64,000 bases of DNA from Parcubacteria group bacterium GW2011_GWB1_42_6 (GCA_000997475.1 LCEC01000001.1:375-64374), one strand, 5' to 3'; shown: positions 45,689 to 54,148, counted from the stretch's first letter. Numbers and translations are program-made. The notes: generated by a model from the sequence alone, not told the origin.

Positions 45689-46270
45689 ATAGGCTAAGGA
45701 TGGAGTCTGAATTTAACCGAAAAGGGCTTGTTTGAGCCAACGGCAGACCCCCTAGCTCGCACATTTATATAAAAATATCAATTAGATCTTCGCCCCGCCT
45801 GCCGGCCGAACCCATCAATTTTATTTAGATGGCTGCGCGACCAGGCATGTGTGGCGAATTCGGGTTTCTTTTTTCGGACAGGTTGCGGGACAGGCATCCC
45901 TTTTAATGACAGCATTGCGATCGTCATTATTACTGACCGAAAATGAACCCGGAAAAATTGGAAGAGGAGAGGAATCCCGCCCGCAGACCTCGCCCCGATG
46001 AAAATATCATCGACGATCCGTCATTGGACGCCCCTCTCCCTTCCGCCTAAAAAGTCCCCGTCATTTTCGTAAGTAAGGGTTGCCGTACCCGATAAGAGTT
46101 TTATTGAAAGAAGCAAAAACCCTCTTATCGGTAAAATAGCAACACCGTTTCAAAATCAGCGACGACGGGGCAAAAAAGAGGAGCCAGTGGATTAAATACC
46201 CATTGGCTCCTCGGAATTATTGTTTCTTAAGACACCGAAGCCCCCCAAAAACACGAGGGGCTTCTTTTTT
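45689..46270 (+). ncRNA. Candidate structured non-coding RNA (~580 nt, class unknown)
   Basis: Bounded by a consensus promoter and a strong terminator (gaagcccc/ggggcttc plus T6 at 46237-46270). Multiple stable hairpins, including a 10-bp stem at ccgataagag..ctcttatcgg. No ORF of 60 aa or more on either strand. Confidence 0.35.
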
Positions 46271-46767
46271 ATCTTTTATGATTTTAAAAACGACGCAATC
46301 CATCACACTCAAGAGTAAAACAGGTTGTGCTCTGATTATTTATTATTGCGGAACAAAATAAAAAGAGCGCTTCGTTTGAAAGCGCCCTCATTTTGATGCA
46401 GGCGAGAAAAAATTTTATCTAAGAATTCTCGAGTTCTCTCAGATATTTTTTCCTCGTCGGGAATTATCGTGTTAGACGACCGCCTTGTTTTCGCATTAGC
46501 GAATGTTTCGAGTTCTTAAGCTCGATCTTTTTAGGCGTTGATAACACTAACTCCCTTTATAACTTTTGGAAAATTTGGATTACCCGTCCTTCCCTTTTGG
46601 ACTTGGGAAGAGTTGGGGTGATGCTCGACTCATACTGCCTCCGTGGAATGGAGTTTTCTTGAGTGAGCGGAAGGTACTGACCGATCGAAAGCCGATAAAA
46701 ACAGCCTTCGATCATATATAGAGATTATAAAATAACGATGAGCTTGTCAAGTCTTTTCAATTTTACA

Positions 46768-46883
46768 CACACCTAGTCAGGATATTTGAATTTAATTTGG
46801 ATAATAAACAAGTTTACTCCCAATGGCTTGTTTGTCTTCGAAGGATTCTTTGAATAAAAAACAATCCTGATTAGGCGCGGGGG
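46768..46883. mobile_element. MITE-like element B, copy 1
   Basis: (c)cacctagtcagga ... tcctgattaggcgcggggg imperfect TIRs; interior is the reverse complement of copy 2. Confidence 0.55.
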
Positions 46884-46937
46884 CAAGGGAAAAGAAATCC
46901 GATTGAACTTTTGAATTTGCCGTGCTAAGATTTTTAT

Positions 46938-48809
46938 ATGACGGCCAAGGAATTACGCGGTAAATATCTTGAATTTTTCAAAGCTCGGGGGCACGCGGTT
47001 ATCCCTTCGGCTTCTTTGGTTCCGCAAAACGATCCCACAGTGCTTTTTACCACCGCCGGAATGCAACCTTTAGTGCCGTATCTTTTGGGCGAAAAGCATC
47101 CCCAAGGAAAGCGGCTTGTCAATGTTCAAAAATGCCTCCGCACCAACGATATTGATGAAGTGGGTGATGCCACTCACGGAACTTTTTTTGAAATGCTTGG
47201 CAATTGGTCTTTGGGCGATTATTTTAAAAAAGAATCGTTGAGTTGGAGCTATGAATTTTTAACTTCGCCTGAATGGTTGGGATTGGATAAAAACCGTTTG
47301 GCTGTTTCGGTTTTTGCAGGGGATGACGACGCGCCATTTGATGAAGAAGCTTTTGAAATTTGGAGATCTTTGGGTATTTCTGAAAAAAGAATCACCCGGC
47401 TTCCCAAAGAAAACAATTGGTGGGGGCCGGCCGGAGAAACCGGGCCATGCGGACCGGATTCGGAAATATTTTATTGGACCGGCGCTCCGGATCAGGTTCC
47501 GGAAAGTTTCAACGATGATAACGATCTTTGGGTGGAAATCTGGAATAACGTTTTTATGCAATATAATAAAAACATAAAAGGCTCCTTTGAACCGCTTGCG
47601 CAAAAAAATGTTGACACGGGTTTGGGGCTGGAAAGGGCGCTGGTTACTCTCAATGGCTACGACGAGATTTATAAGATTGACGTTATCCGGCCGATTATTG
47701 AAAAGATAGAAGAAATTTCAGGGAAGAAATACGATGAAACTATCTCTGAAATCCCCCTTAATCCCCCTTTTACAAAGGGGGGAAATCAGAAGGCTATGAG
47801 AATCGTGGCGGATCATTTGAAAGCGAGCGCTTTTTTAATCGCCGATGGAGTTGAGCCTTCCAATACGGAGCGAGGCTATGTTTTGCGCCGGCTGATTCGG
47901 CGCGCGGTGAGATATGGCCGGCAATTGGGAATTGAAGGAATTTTTTGTTTTAAAATCGCGCGGGTCGCGATTGAAATATACAAAGATATTTATCCGGAAC
48001 TTTCGCGGGAAGAAAATTCAATCGAAGAGCAATTAACGAAAGAAGAAGAAAAATTTGCCAAGACTCTTGAATCCGGATTGAAACAATTTGAAAATGTAAA
48101 AATCAAAATTAAAAATGACAGCGCAAAATCTGGAATTATTTCCGGGGAGATCGCTTTTAATTTGTATCAGACTTACGGTTTTCCCGTCGAGCTGACAAAA
48201 GAATTGGCCAAAGAAGCCGGATTGGAAGTTGACGAGGAAAAATTTAAGGATGAAATGAAGCGCCATCAAGAACTTTCCCGCGCCGGAGCCGAACAAAAAT
48301 TCAAAGGCGGTTTAGCCGATCATTCGGAACAAACCGTCAAATACCACACGGCGGCGCATTTGCTTTTGGCGGCTTTGCGTCAAACTTTGGGCGGAGACGT
48401 AAATCAGCGTGGCGCCAATATAACAAGCGAACGATTGAGATTTGATTTTTCGCATCCGCAAAAAATGACTCCGGAACAAATTAAAGAAGTTGAGGATTTG
48501 GTGAATGAAAAAATCAAAGAAGACTTGCCGGTTGCTTGCGAAGAGATGGCCTTGGATGAAGCGAAAGCAAAGGGAGCGACTGGAATTTTCGATTCAAAAT
48601 ACGGGGAGAGGGTGAAAGTTTATACAATTGGAAGCCCTTCGACAGGTCCTTCGACAGGCTCAGGGCAATGCTCGGGGTCCGCGGCTTTCAGCCGCGAGAT
48701 TTGCGGCGGGCCGCATGTTGAAAGAACGGGAGTTTTGGGAAATTTTAAGATCGTTAAAGAAGAATCGTGTTCGGCCGGAGTGAGAAGAATCAAAGCGGTG
48801 CTGAAATAA
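46938..48809 (+). CDS. alaS: Alanine--tRNA ligase, short form (catalytic, tRNA-recognition and editing domains; no C-Ala domain)
   Basis: N-terminal class II core, editing-domain HTAAHLL motif; 623 aa; contains two in-frame insertions. Confidence 0.85.
   Translation: MTAKELRGKYLEFFKARGHAVIPSASLVPQNDPTVLFTTAGMQPLVPYLLGEKHPQGKRLVNVQKCLRTNDIDEVGDATHGTFFEMLGNWSLGDYFKKESLSWSYEFLTSPEWLGLDKNRLAVSVFAGDDDAPFDEEAFEIWRSLGISEKRITRLPKENNWWGPAGETGPCGPDSEIFYWTGAPDQVPESFNDDNDLWVEIWNNVFMQYNKNIKGSFEPLAQKNVDTGLGLERALVTLNGYDEIYKIDVIRPIIEKIEEISGKKYDETISEIPLNPPFTKGGNQKAMRIVADHLKASAFLIADGVEPSNTERGYVLRRLIRRAVRYGRQLGIEGIFCFKIARVAIEIYKDIYPELSREENSIEEQLTKEEEKFAKTLESGLKQFENVKIKIKNDSAKSGIISGEIAFNLYQTYGFPVELTKELAKEAGLEVDEEKFKDEMKRHQELSRAGAEQKFKGGLADHSEQTVKYHTAAHLLLAALRQTLGGDVNQRGANITSERLRFDFSHPQKMTPEQIKEVEDLVNEKIKEDLPVACEEMALDEAKAKGATGIFDSKYGERVKVYTIGSPSTGPSTGSGQCSGSAAFSREICGGPHVERTGVLGNFKIVKEESCSAGVRRIKAVLK
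47752..47786. repeat. In-frame GC-rich palindromic insertion within alaS
   Basis: tccccctta atccccctttt acaaa ggggggaaat encodes PLNPPFTKGGN. Confidence 0.6.
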
Positions 48810-48856
48810 CAGTTAATGCAAAATGCAAATTTCAAAACGCAGATTACTCTCTTTTT

Positions 48857-48935
48857 GTCATTCCCGCGCAGGCGGGAATCTAGATTAATTCAGAATTAGA
48901 CTTGGGTCTGGATCCCCGTTTTCACGGGGATGACA
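48857..48935. repeat. TIR-less copy of the MITE-A core (GTCAT..ATGAC multi-hairpin unit)
   Basis: gtcattcccgcgcaggcgggaatctagattaattcagaa.. is about 80% identical to 43761-43837. Confidence 0.55.
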
Positions 48936-48973
48936 TCTATGGTTGGGTTTATTTTAATTTTAAAATTTATTTT

Positions 48974-49417
48974 ATGTCTGACATCAAAAAACCCGGCGTG
49001 GGCTTTGGGGTGATGATTGAAAAGAAAGGTAAAATCCTTTTGGGCCGGCGCCATAGCGATCCCAAGAAAGCTTCCAGCGAACTTCACGGCGAAGGCGCTT
49101 GGACGATGCCCGGAGGCAAATTGCATTTTGGCGAAACTCCCGAGGAAGGGGCTTGCCGGGAAGTTTTGGAAGAAATCGGCGTGAAAATAAATTCAAGAAG
49201 GCTCAAGCTCATAAGCGTTTCCAATGATATGGTGAGCGACGCGCATTTTATCACTTTGGGATTCAGATATCCGAGTTTTAAGGGCAGTCCCAAAGTGATG
49301 GAGCCGGATGAAATCGTTGAATGGCGCTGGTTTAATCCCAAGGCATTGCCCAGCCCTATGTATTTTCCCAGCGAACGGGTGTTCAAGCATTTTAAGAGAG
49401 GCAAAATATACGGATAG
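48974..49417 (+). CDS. NUDIX hydrolase
   Basis: Nudix box GGKLHFGETPEEGACREVLEEIGV. Confidence 0.75.
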   Translation: MSDIKKPGVGFGVMIEKKGKILLGRRHSDPKKASSELHGEGAWTMPGGKLHFGETPEEGACREVLEEIGVKINSRRLKLISVSNDMVSDAHFITLGFRYPSFKGSPKVMEPDEIVEWRWFNPKALPSPMYFPSERVFKHFKRGKIYG

Positions 49418-49530
49418 GTGGATATCTTTATTGCGGAGAAGCGTTTTTTTGGATATAATTATTTAAGAAAATATCGGGCGCGAAAGAATCCTTCGTTTTG
49501 CCGCGCGCGCTTTTGAGTTGTAAATAAACT

Positions 49531-49647
49531 CCCGCACCTAGTCAGGATTGTTTTTTATTCAAAGAATCCTTCAAAGACAAACAAGCCATTGGGAGTAAAC
49601 TTGTTTATTATCCAAATTAAATTCAAATATCCTGACTAGGCGCGGGG
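49531..49647. mobile_element. MITE-like element B, copy 2 (inverted relative to copy 1)
   Basis: cccgcacctagtcagga ... tcctgactaggcgcgggg. Confidence 0.55.
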
Positions 49648-49659
49648 ATAAAATAAACT

Positions 49660-51537
49660 ATGGCGAAATTGATTTATTTAAAACCGAATCAAGACATAAC
49701 TTCGATAATCGGCTATCTTTGGCAAACCAAAGAACCTGAAATCGCGCTCGTTGCTCCAAAAAATTCGGTTTTATTGGAGAATCGCATTGCGCTTAAAATT
49801 CTCAAAAGAGAAGCGGACAACTGCGAAAAAGAGATAATTTTTGTCATCAAGGATTCGGAAAGCCGCGAAGCGGTGGAAGATCTGGGCTTTAAAACCAAAG
49901 TTTCCTGGCCGAAAAGCGAAATAAGCGAAGAAGAATCCGAAGAGGAAGAAAAAGTTATCAAAGAAATGCCGGCTGAAGATTACCAATTGATGATTGGCAA
50001 TCAGCTGAAGATAAAGCACGGAGCGGCTTCCAAGATCCGCTTTAGCGACATCAAAAAACCCGGGAATAAGAAAAAAGATTCGGATGAAAAAATTAAGAAA
50101 ATAAAATCAGCCGAAGAAAGCGAAGATGATTTTATTTTGGGACATTTGGCGGAACCGGAAAAAGAATTTTCTTTGCCCATTCCCCAAGAAACCGATGATT
50201 TTAAGGAGAAAGCGGAGACTTTCCTTAAAATAAAAAATTTCGCTCCGCGCGAAGAAATTAAAGAAGAAACGGTTCAAGAAGAATCTGTTCCTTTTGAAAA
50301 AATATTTGGCCGGGAAGAAAAGGAGATATTCATTAAGCCGCAAATTCATAACTTTTCCAAGAAGAAATTTTCCGGTTTCAAATTTCCTGATTTTTCTTCA
50401 AAGATCGTCATGCTTTTTGTCGGTTCGGCCGTGATTGTGGCGGGATTGGTTTTTTATTTTGTTTTGCCCAAAGCCGAAATCGAGGTTGTTCCAAAGGTGG
50501 AGGCGACCGAACAAGATTTAAACGTTGTGGCCGACAAGGGATCGGCGTTTATTGATTTGGGGAAAGGCGTAATTCCGGCGCAAGTGATTCGTTTTGATAA
50601 AAAATCATCTCGGGAATTCAACACTACGGGTGAAAGCCAAGCCAACGAGAAAGCTCGAGGCGTTATGACGGTTTATAATGAATACAGCTCTTCGCCGCAG
50701 GGCTTGGTTGAAAAAACGCGTTTTGTTTCGGCGGATGGAAAAGTTTTTCGGACCGTCAAATCCATCACTGTTCCGGGAGCTAAAATCAGCGAAGGGAAAG
50801 TGATCGCGAGTTCAATAGATGTTGAGGTGGCGGCCGACGAAGCGGGCGAATCGTATAATATTTCTCCGGGAAAATTTTTAATCCCCGGTTTTCAGGGATC
50901 GCCAAAATACGAAGGTTTCTACGGCATAACCAAAGACGCCATGTACGGCGGCACGACGGGAATTTCTAAAATTGTTTCGGCGGATGATGTCGAAATGGCC
51001 AAAAATGAAATCTGGGCGGATCTTCAAAAAGATTTGGAGAGCGACATAAAAACGCAAACGCCCGAAGGGTTGAAACTTTTGCCGGAAGCCAAAAAATTGG
51101 AAATCAGCTCATTCGATCCATCCGTTAAGGCGGGCGGCCGGGCTGATAAATTCACGATGACGGTCAAAGGAACCGGAATTCTCATTTTTTTTGACGAGCG
51201 CGACATTATTGAATTAGCCAGAGAAAATTCGGAAATTGAATCTTTGGAAAGCAAAGATTATTCCGATAAATTGTCGGAAGTTGTTTATTCCGAAGTTAGC
51301 GCTGATTTTGAAAAAAGCAAAATAAGTTTTAAAGCAAAGGTGGGGGAAAAATTGGTTTGGAAAATCAATGATTCCATTCTTAAGAGATTGATCGCCGGCC
51401 GGAATGAAACTGAAATCAGAACGATTTTGAATGACCGCGAAGAAGTGTTGAGCGCCAGGATTCTTTTCTGGCCTTTCTGGGTGGATGCCGTGCCTGATAA
51501 CCCGGACAGAGTGAATGTGAGCGTTAAAACGGATTGA
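49660..51537 (+). CDS. Hypothetical single-pass membrane protein with acidic linker
   Basis: 625 aa; central TM IVMLFVGSAVIVAGLVFYFVL; no recognisable motifs. Confidence 0.4.
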   Translation: MAKLIYLKPNQDITSIIGYLWQTKEPEIALVAPKNSVLLENRIALKILKREADNCEKEIIFVIKDSESREAVEDLGFKTKVSWPKSEISEEESEEEEKVIKEMPAEDYQLMIGNQLKIKHGAASKIRFSDIKKPGNKKKDSDEKIKKIKSAEESEDDFILGHLAEPEKEFSLPIPQETDDFKEKAETFLKIKNFAPREEIKEETVQEESVPFEKIFGREEKEIFIKPQIHNFSKKKFSGFKFPDFSSKIVMLFVGSAVIVAGLVFYFVLPKAEIEVVPKVEATEQDLNVVADKGSAFIDLGKGVIPAQVIRFDKKSSREFNTTGESQANEKARGVMTVYNEYSSSPQGLVEKTRFVSADGKVFRTVKSITVPGAKISEGKVIASSIDVEVAADEAGESYNISPGKFLIPGFQGSPKYEGFYGITKDAMYGGTTGISKIVSADDVEMAKNEIWADLQKDLESDIKTQTPEGLKLLPEAKKLEISSFDPSVKAGGRADKFTMTVKGTGILIFFDERDIIELARENSEIESLESKDYSDKLSEVVYSEVSADFEKSKISFKAKVGEKLVWKINDSILKRLIAGRNETEIRTILNDREEVLSARILFWPFWVDAVPDNPDRVNVSVKTD

Positions 51538-51632
51538 TTCTGCGGTGGGGGTTGACGAAAGCGGCTTTTGGGTATAACATTGTAATAAGCTGAAAATCAG
51601 ACAAAAAGCTTTAATTTTAAGACCAGTTCCGA

Positions 51633-51851
51633 GTGGGAAAAGAAAATTTTATAAAAAAGAACGGACGTGTTGTTGAAGCGTTGCCTAATGCCACTTTCAG
51701 AGTGAAATTGGAAGACGATTCGGAAATTCTAGCTCATCTTTCAGGAAAGATGAGGATGAATTTTATCCGGGTGATGATGGGCGATAAAGTGGCGGTGGAA
51801 ATGAGCCCGTATGATAATACGAAAGGCAGAATTGTTTTTCGGGAGAAATGA
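51633..51851 (+). CDS. infA: Translation initiation factor IF-1
   Basis: ..[60 protein letters not shown]; GTG start. Confidence 0.85.
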   Translation: MGKENFIKKNGRVVEALPNATFRVKLEDDSEILAHLSGKMRMNFIRVMMGDKVAVEMSPYDNTKGRIVFREK

Positions 51852-51960
51852 TTTTCAACCAACCGTGCTAAGCAATCCTTCTTCTTCGATGAAGAGGTTC
51901 CGCGGAAGCAAAGCGGAGCTGACGGTGCGTTTAGCGCGTTTTGTATTGGTTTTTTTCCTC

Positions 51961-52065
51961 ACTAATTACGAATAAATTTACTCCAATTACGAATAATTAT
52001 AGATTAATTGCGAGATGATGCGCTTCATTCGTAATTAGTTCTTAATTCGTAATTGGCGAGGATTC
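51961..52065. promoter_or_regulatory. TTCGTAATT palindromic module upstream of rpmJ
   Basis: Two copies of YYAATTACGAAT, a spacer, two copies of ATTCGTAATTRG, then GAGGATTC ATG. Confidence 0.5.
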
Positions 52066-52179
52066 ATGAAAGTTCGCGCTTCGGTTAAAAAAATATGCCA
52101 GAAATGCAAACTCGTGCGCCGAAAAGGCAAATTGCGGGTTATTTGCGCGATCAAAAAACATAATCAAAGACAAGGATGA
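52066..52179 (+). CDS. rpmJ: 50S ribosomal protein L36
   Basis: [37 protein letters not shown]; TGA stop. Confidence 0.8.
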   Translation: MKVRASVKKICQKCKLVRRKGKLRVICAIKKHNQRQG

Positions 52180-52189
52180 AATCATTTTA

Positions 52190-52262
52190 ACATTTTAGCA
52201 TTTTAGCATTTTAGCATTTGAATTATTGAATTTTGTTAATATGCTAACATGTTGATATGTTA
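52190..52262. repeat. ATTTTAGC x3 array plus inverted TGCTAACATG motifs upstream of rpsM
   Basis: cattttagcattttagcattttagcatttgaatt..tatgctaacatgttgatatg. Confidence 0.5.
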
Positions 52263-52274
52263 AAATGACTAGCC

Positions 52275-52664
52275 ATGCCCAGAATCGCGGGAGTAAATAT
52301 TCCGGATAATAAAGTGATCGTCATCGCCCTCACGTATATTTACGGAATCGGGCGGACTTTGAGCAATAAAATTTTAGCCCAAGCAAAAATCGATCCGGGG
52401 GCGCGGGCCAATAAACTTTCGGCTGATGAAATTAACCGATTGAGAGAAATTATCGAAAAAGGATTGAGAGTCGAGGGGGAATTAAGGCGCGAAAGGATGA
52501 TGAACGTGAAAAGGTTGAAAGATATCGGTTCATACCGCGGGATAAGACATATCAAAGGTTTGCCGGTTCGAGGCCAAAGAACGAAAACAAACACCAGAAC
52601 CGTTCGCGGAAATATCCGCAAGACTATGGGTTCGGGCAGGAAGGCTTCGGCGGAAAAGACATAA
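52275..52664 (+). CDS. rpsM: 30S ribosomal protein S13
   Basis: [26 protein letters not shown]. Confidence 0.9.
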   Translation: MPRIAGVNIPDNKVIVIALTYIYGIGRTLSNKILAQAKIDPGARANKLSADEINRLREIIEKGLRVEGELRRERMMNVKRLKDIGSYRGIRHIKGLPVRGQRTKTNTRTVRGNIRKTMGSGRKASAEKT

Positions 52665-52667
52665 ATC

Positions 52668-52845
52668 TCGCTTCGCCCGCTTCTTTTCAAAAAACGCCAA
52701 AGCCGCATAACAAACAAATCATTTGGCTTTGGCTAAGCGCTCAACGCGCCGCATAAGACTATTTCAATATAAACAGCTTATGCCTTGGGCGCGTCTCGCG
52801 ATTTTTTTGAAAAGAACGGGCTTGCTCGTCGATAATAAAATCTAA
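52668..52845. repeat. Structured intergenic element between rpsM and rpsK
   Basis: Outer ~25-bp inverted repeat (cgcttcgcccgcttcttttcaaaaaa / tttttttgaaaagaacgggcttgctcg) enclosing two hairpins (gccaaagcc..ggctttggc; cgcgccgcataag..cttatgcc..ggcgcg). Confidence 0.55.
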
Positions 52846-52849
52846 ATTC

Positions 52850-53311
52850 ATGGGAAAGAAAAAAATTCAAACACAAAGCGAACAGGAAGCGTTGAAAGAA
52901 AAAGAAGTTCAGGAATCAGCTCAAAAGAAAGCCGTTGCGGCTCAACAGACTTCCGTTAAAAAAGGCGTTGAAAAAGGCAAGGTTTTCATCCAATCGACCT
53001 ATAACAACACTTTGATTTCTTTTTGCGACTTCAAGGGAAATATTATAGCCTGGTCAAGCGCCGGTTCTTTGGGATTCAAGGGACCGAAAAAAGCGACTCC
53101 GTATGCCGCTTCCAAAGTTATTGAAACATTGGTTGAAAAAATCAAGAAAGTCGGTATGAAGGAAGTTGACGTGTTTGTCAAAGGAATCGGCAGCGGCCGG
53201 GAAGCGGCCGTGAGAGCGATTGCCGCGCAGGGGATGTTAATAAATTCAATTAAAGACGTGACTCCGGTGCCTCATAATGGCTGCCGGCCCAGGAAAGTGA
53301 GAAGAGTCTAG
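52850..53311 (+). CDS. rpsK: 30S ribosomal protein S11 (with Lys-rich N-terminal extension)
   Basis: ..VFIQSTYNNTLISFCDFKGNIIAWSSAGSLGFKG. Confidence 0.9.
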   Translation: MGKKKIQTQSEQEALKEKEVQESAQKKAVAAQQTSVKKGVEKGKVFIQSTYNNTLISFCDFKGNIIAWSSAGSLGFKGPKKATPYAASKVIETLVEKIKKVGMKEVDVFVKGIGSGREAAVRAIAAQGMLINSIKDVTPVPHNGCRPRKVRRV

Positions 53312-53312
53312 A

Positions 53313-53392
53313 ACCCTACGGAATTACGGATTAGTACGGATATTACGGATTCAAATTGGATTTATCCGTATATTCGTAAAAATCCGTAAATC
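53313..53392. repeat. TACGGAT direct/inverted heptamer array (copy 2)
   Basis: ccctacggaattacggattagtacggatattacggatt.. first 38 nt almost identical to 24310-24347. Confidence 0.6.
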
Positions 53393-53406
53393 TATAGAAA
53401 ACCACA

Positions 53407-54039
53407 ATGGCAAGATTAACTGAAGCAAAATGCAGAAAATGCCGCCGAATGGGTGAAAAACTCTTTTTAAGAGGTGATCGCTGTTTTTCGGCCAAGTGCG
53501 CCGTGACAAGACGAGCCGTTGCTTCCGGAAGAAGACAAGGCAGAGGCCGCCGAGGCGGAATTTCTGAATTTGGGCGCCAACTTTCAGAAAAGCAAAAAGT
53601 CAAAAGAATCTACGGCGTTTTGGAAAGGCAGTTTAAAAATTATTTTGAAAAAGCGCAAGGAAGCAAAGGCGACACTCGTCAAAATTTGATTCAACTTTTG
53701 GAAAGCCGCTTGGATAATGTCGTTTTTCGCTTGGGTTGGGCCAAATCAAGAGCGGCCGCGAGGCAAATCGTGAATCACGGCCACATTTTGGTTAACGGGA
53801 AAAAATTGGATATTCCTTCTTACGAGGTGAAGGTTAACGATAAAATTTCTCCGAAAGAAAAAATAAGAAAATCGAAGTTGATGGAAGAAATTATTCCGTC
53901 ATTGAAAAAACATGAATTGCCGGGATGGCTTGGAATGGATCCGGAAACTTTAGAAGCGAAAGCCTTAAGCCGTCCTTCGGTTGAAGATTTGGGAGATTTG
54001 AGCTCAATCGGCTTGATAGTTGAATTTTATTCAAGGTAA
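53407..54039 (+). CDS. rpsD: 30S ribosomal protein S4
   Basis: MARLTEAKCRKCRRMGEKLFLRGDRC. Confidence 0.9.
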   Translation: MARLTEAKCRKCRRMGEKLFLRGDRCFSAKCAVTRRAVASGRRQGRGRRGGISEFGRQLSEKQKVKRIYGVLERQFKNYFEKAQGSKGDTRQNLIQLLESRLDNVVFRLGWAKSRAAARQIVNHGHILVNGKKLDIPSYEVKVNDKISPKEKIRKSKLMEEIIPSLKKHELPGWLGMDPETLEAKALSRPSVEDLGDLSSIGLIVEFYSR

Positions 54040-54049
54040 TTCGCTCCTC

Positions 54050-54148
54050 ACCAATTACGAATAAATCCAATCCAATTACGAATTAAAGCCGGCTACGAAT
54101 AGTTTTATATTCGTAATTGGTTCCAATTCGTAATTAGCGAGGAAAAAT
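54050..54148. promoter_or_regulatory. TTCGTAATT palindromic module upstream of rpoA
   Basis: ccaattacgaat x2 ... attcgtaattgg ttccaattcgtaattagcGAGGAaaaatATG. Confidence 0.5.

Noticed and set aside
46271-46937. T-box riboswitch upstream of alaS
   Set aside because: No AGGGTGG..ACCGCG-type T-box consensus or specifier-loop/antiterminator arrangement was recognisable. The hairpins present are instead accounted for by the MITE-like element and unknown structure.
52066-52179. Alternative genetic code with UGA as a sense codon (as in some CPR lineages)
   Set aside because: rpmJ and many other genes end with TGA at the expected position, so the standard bacterial code fits.
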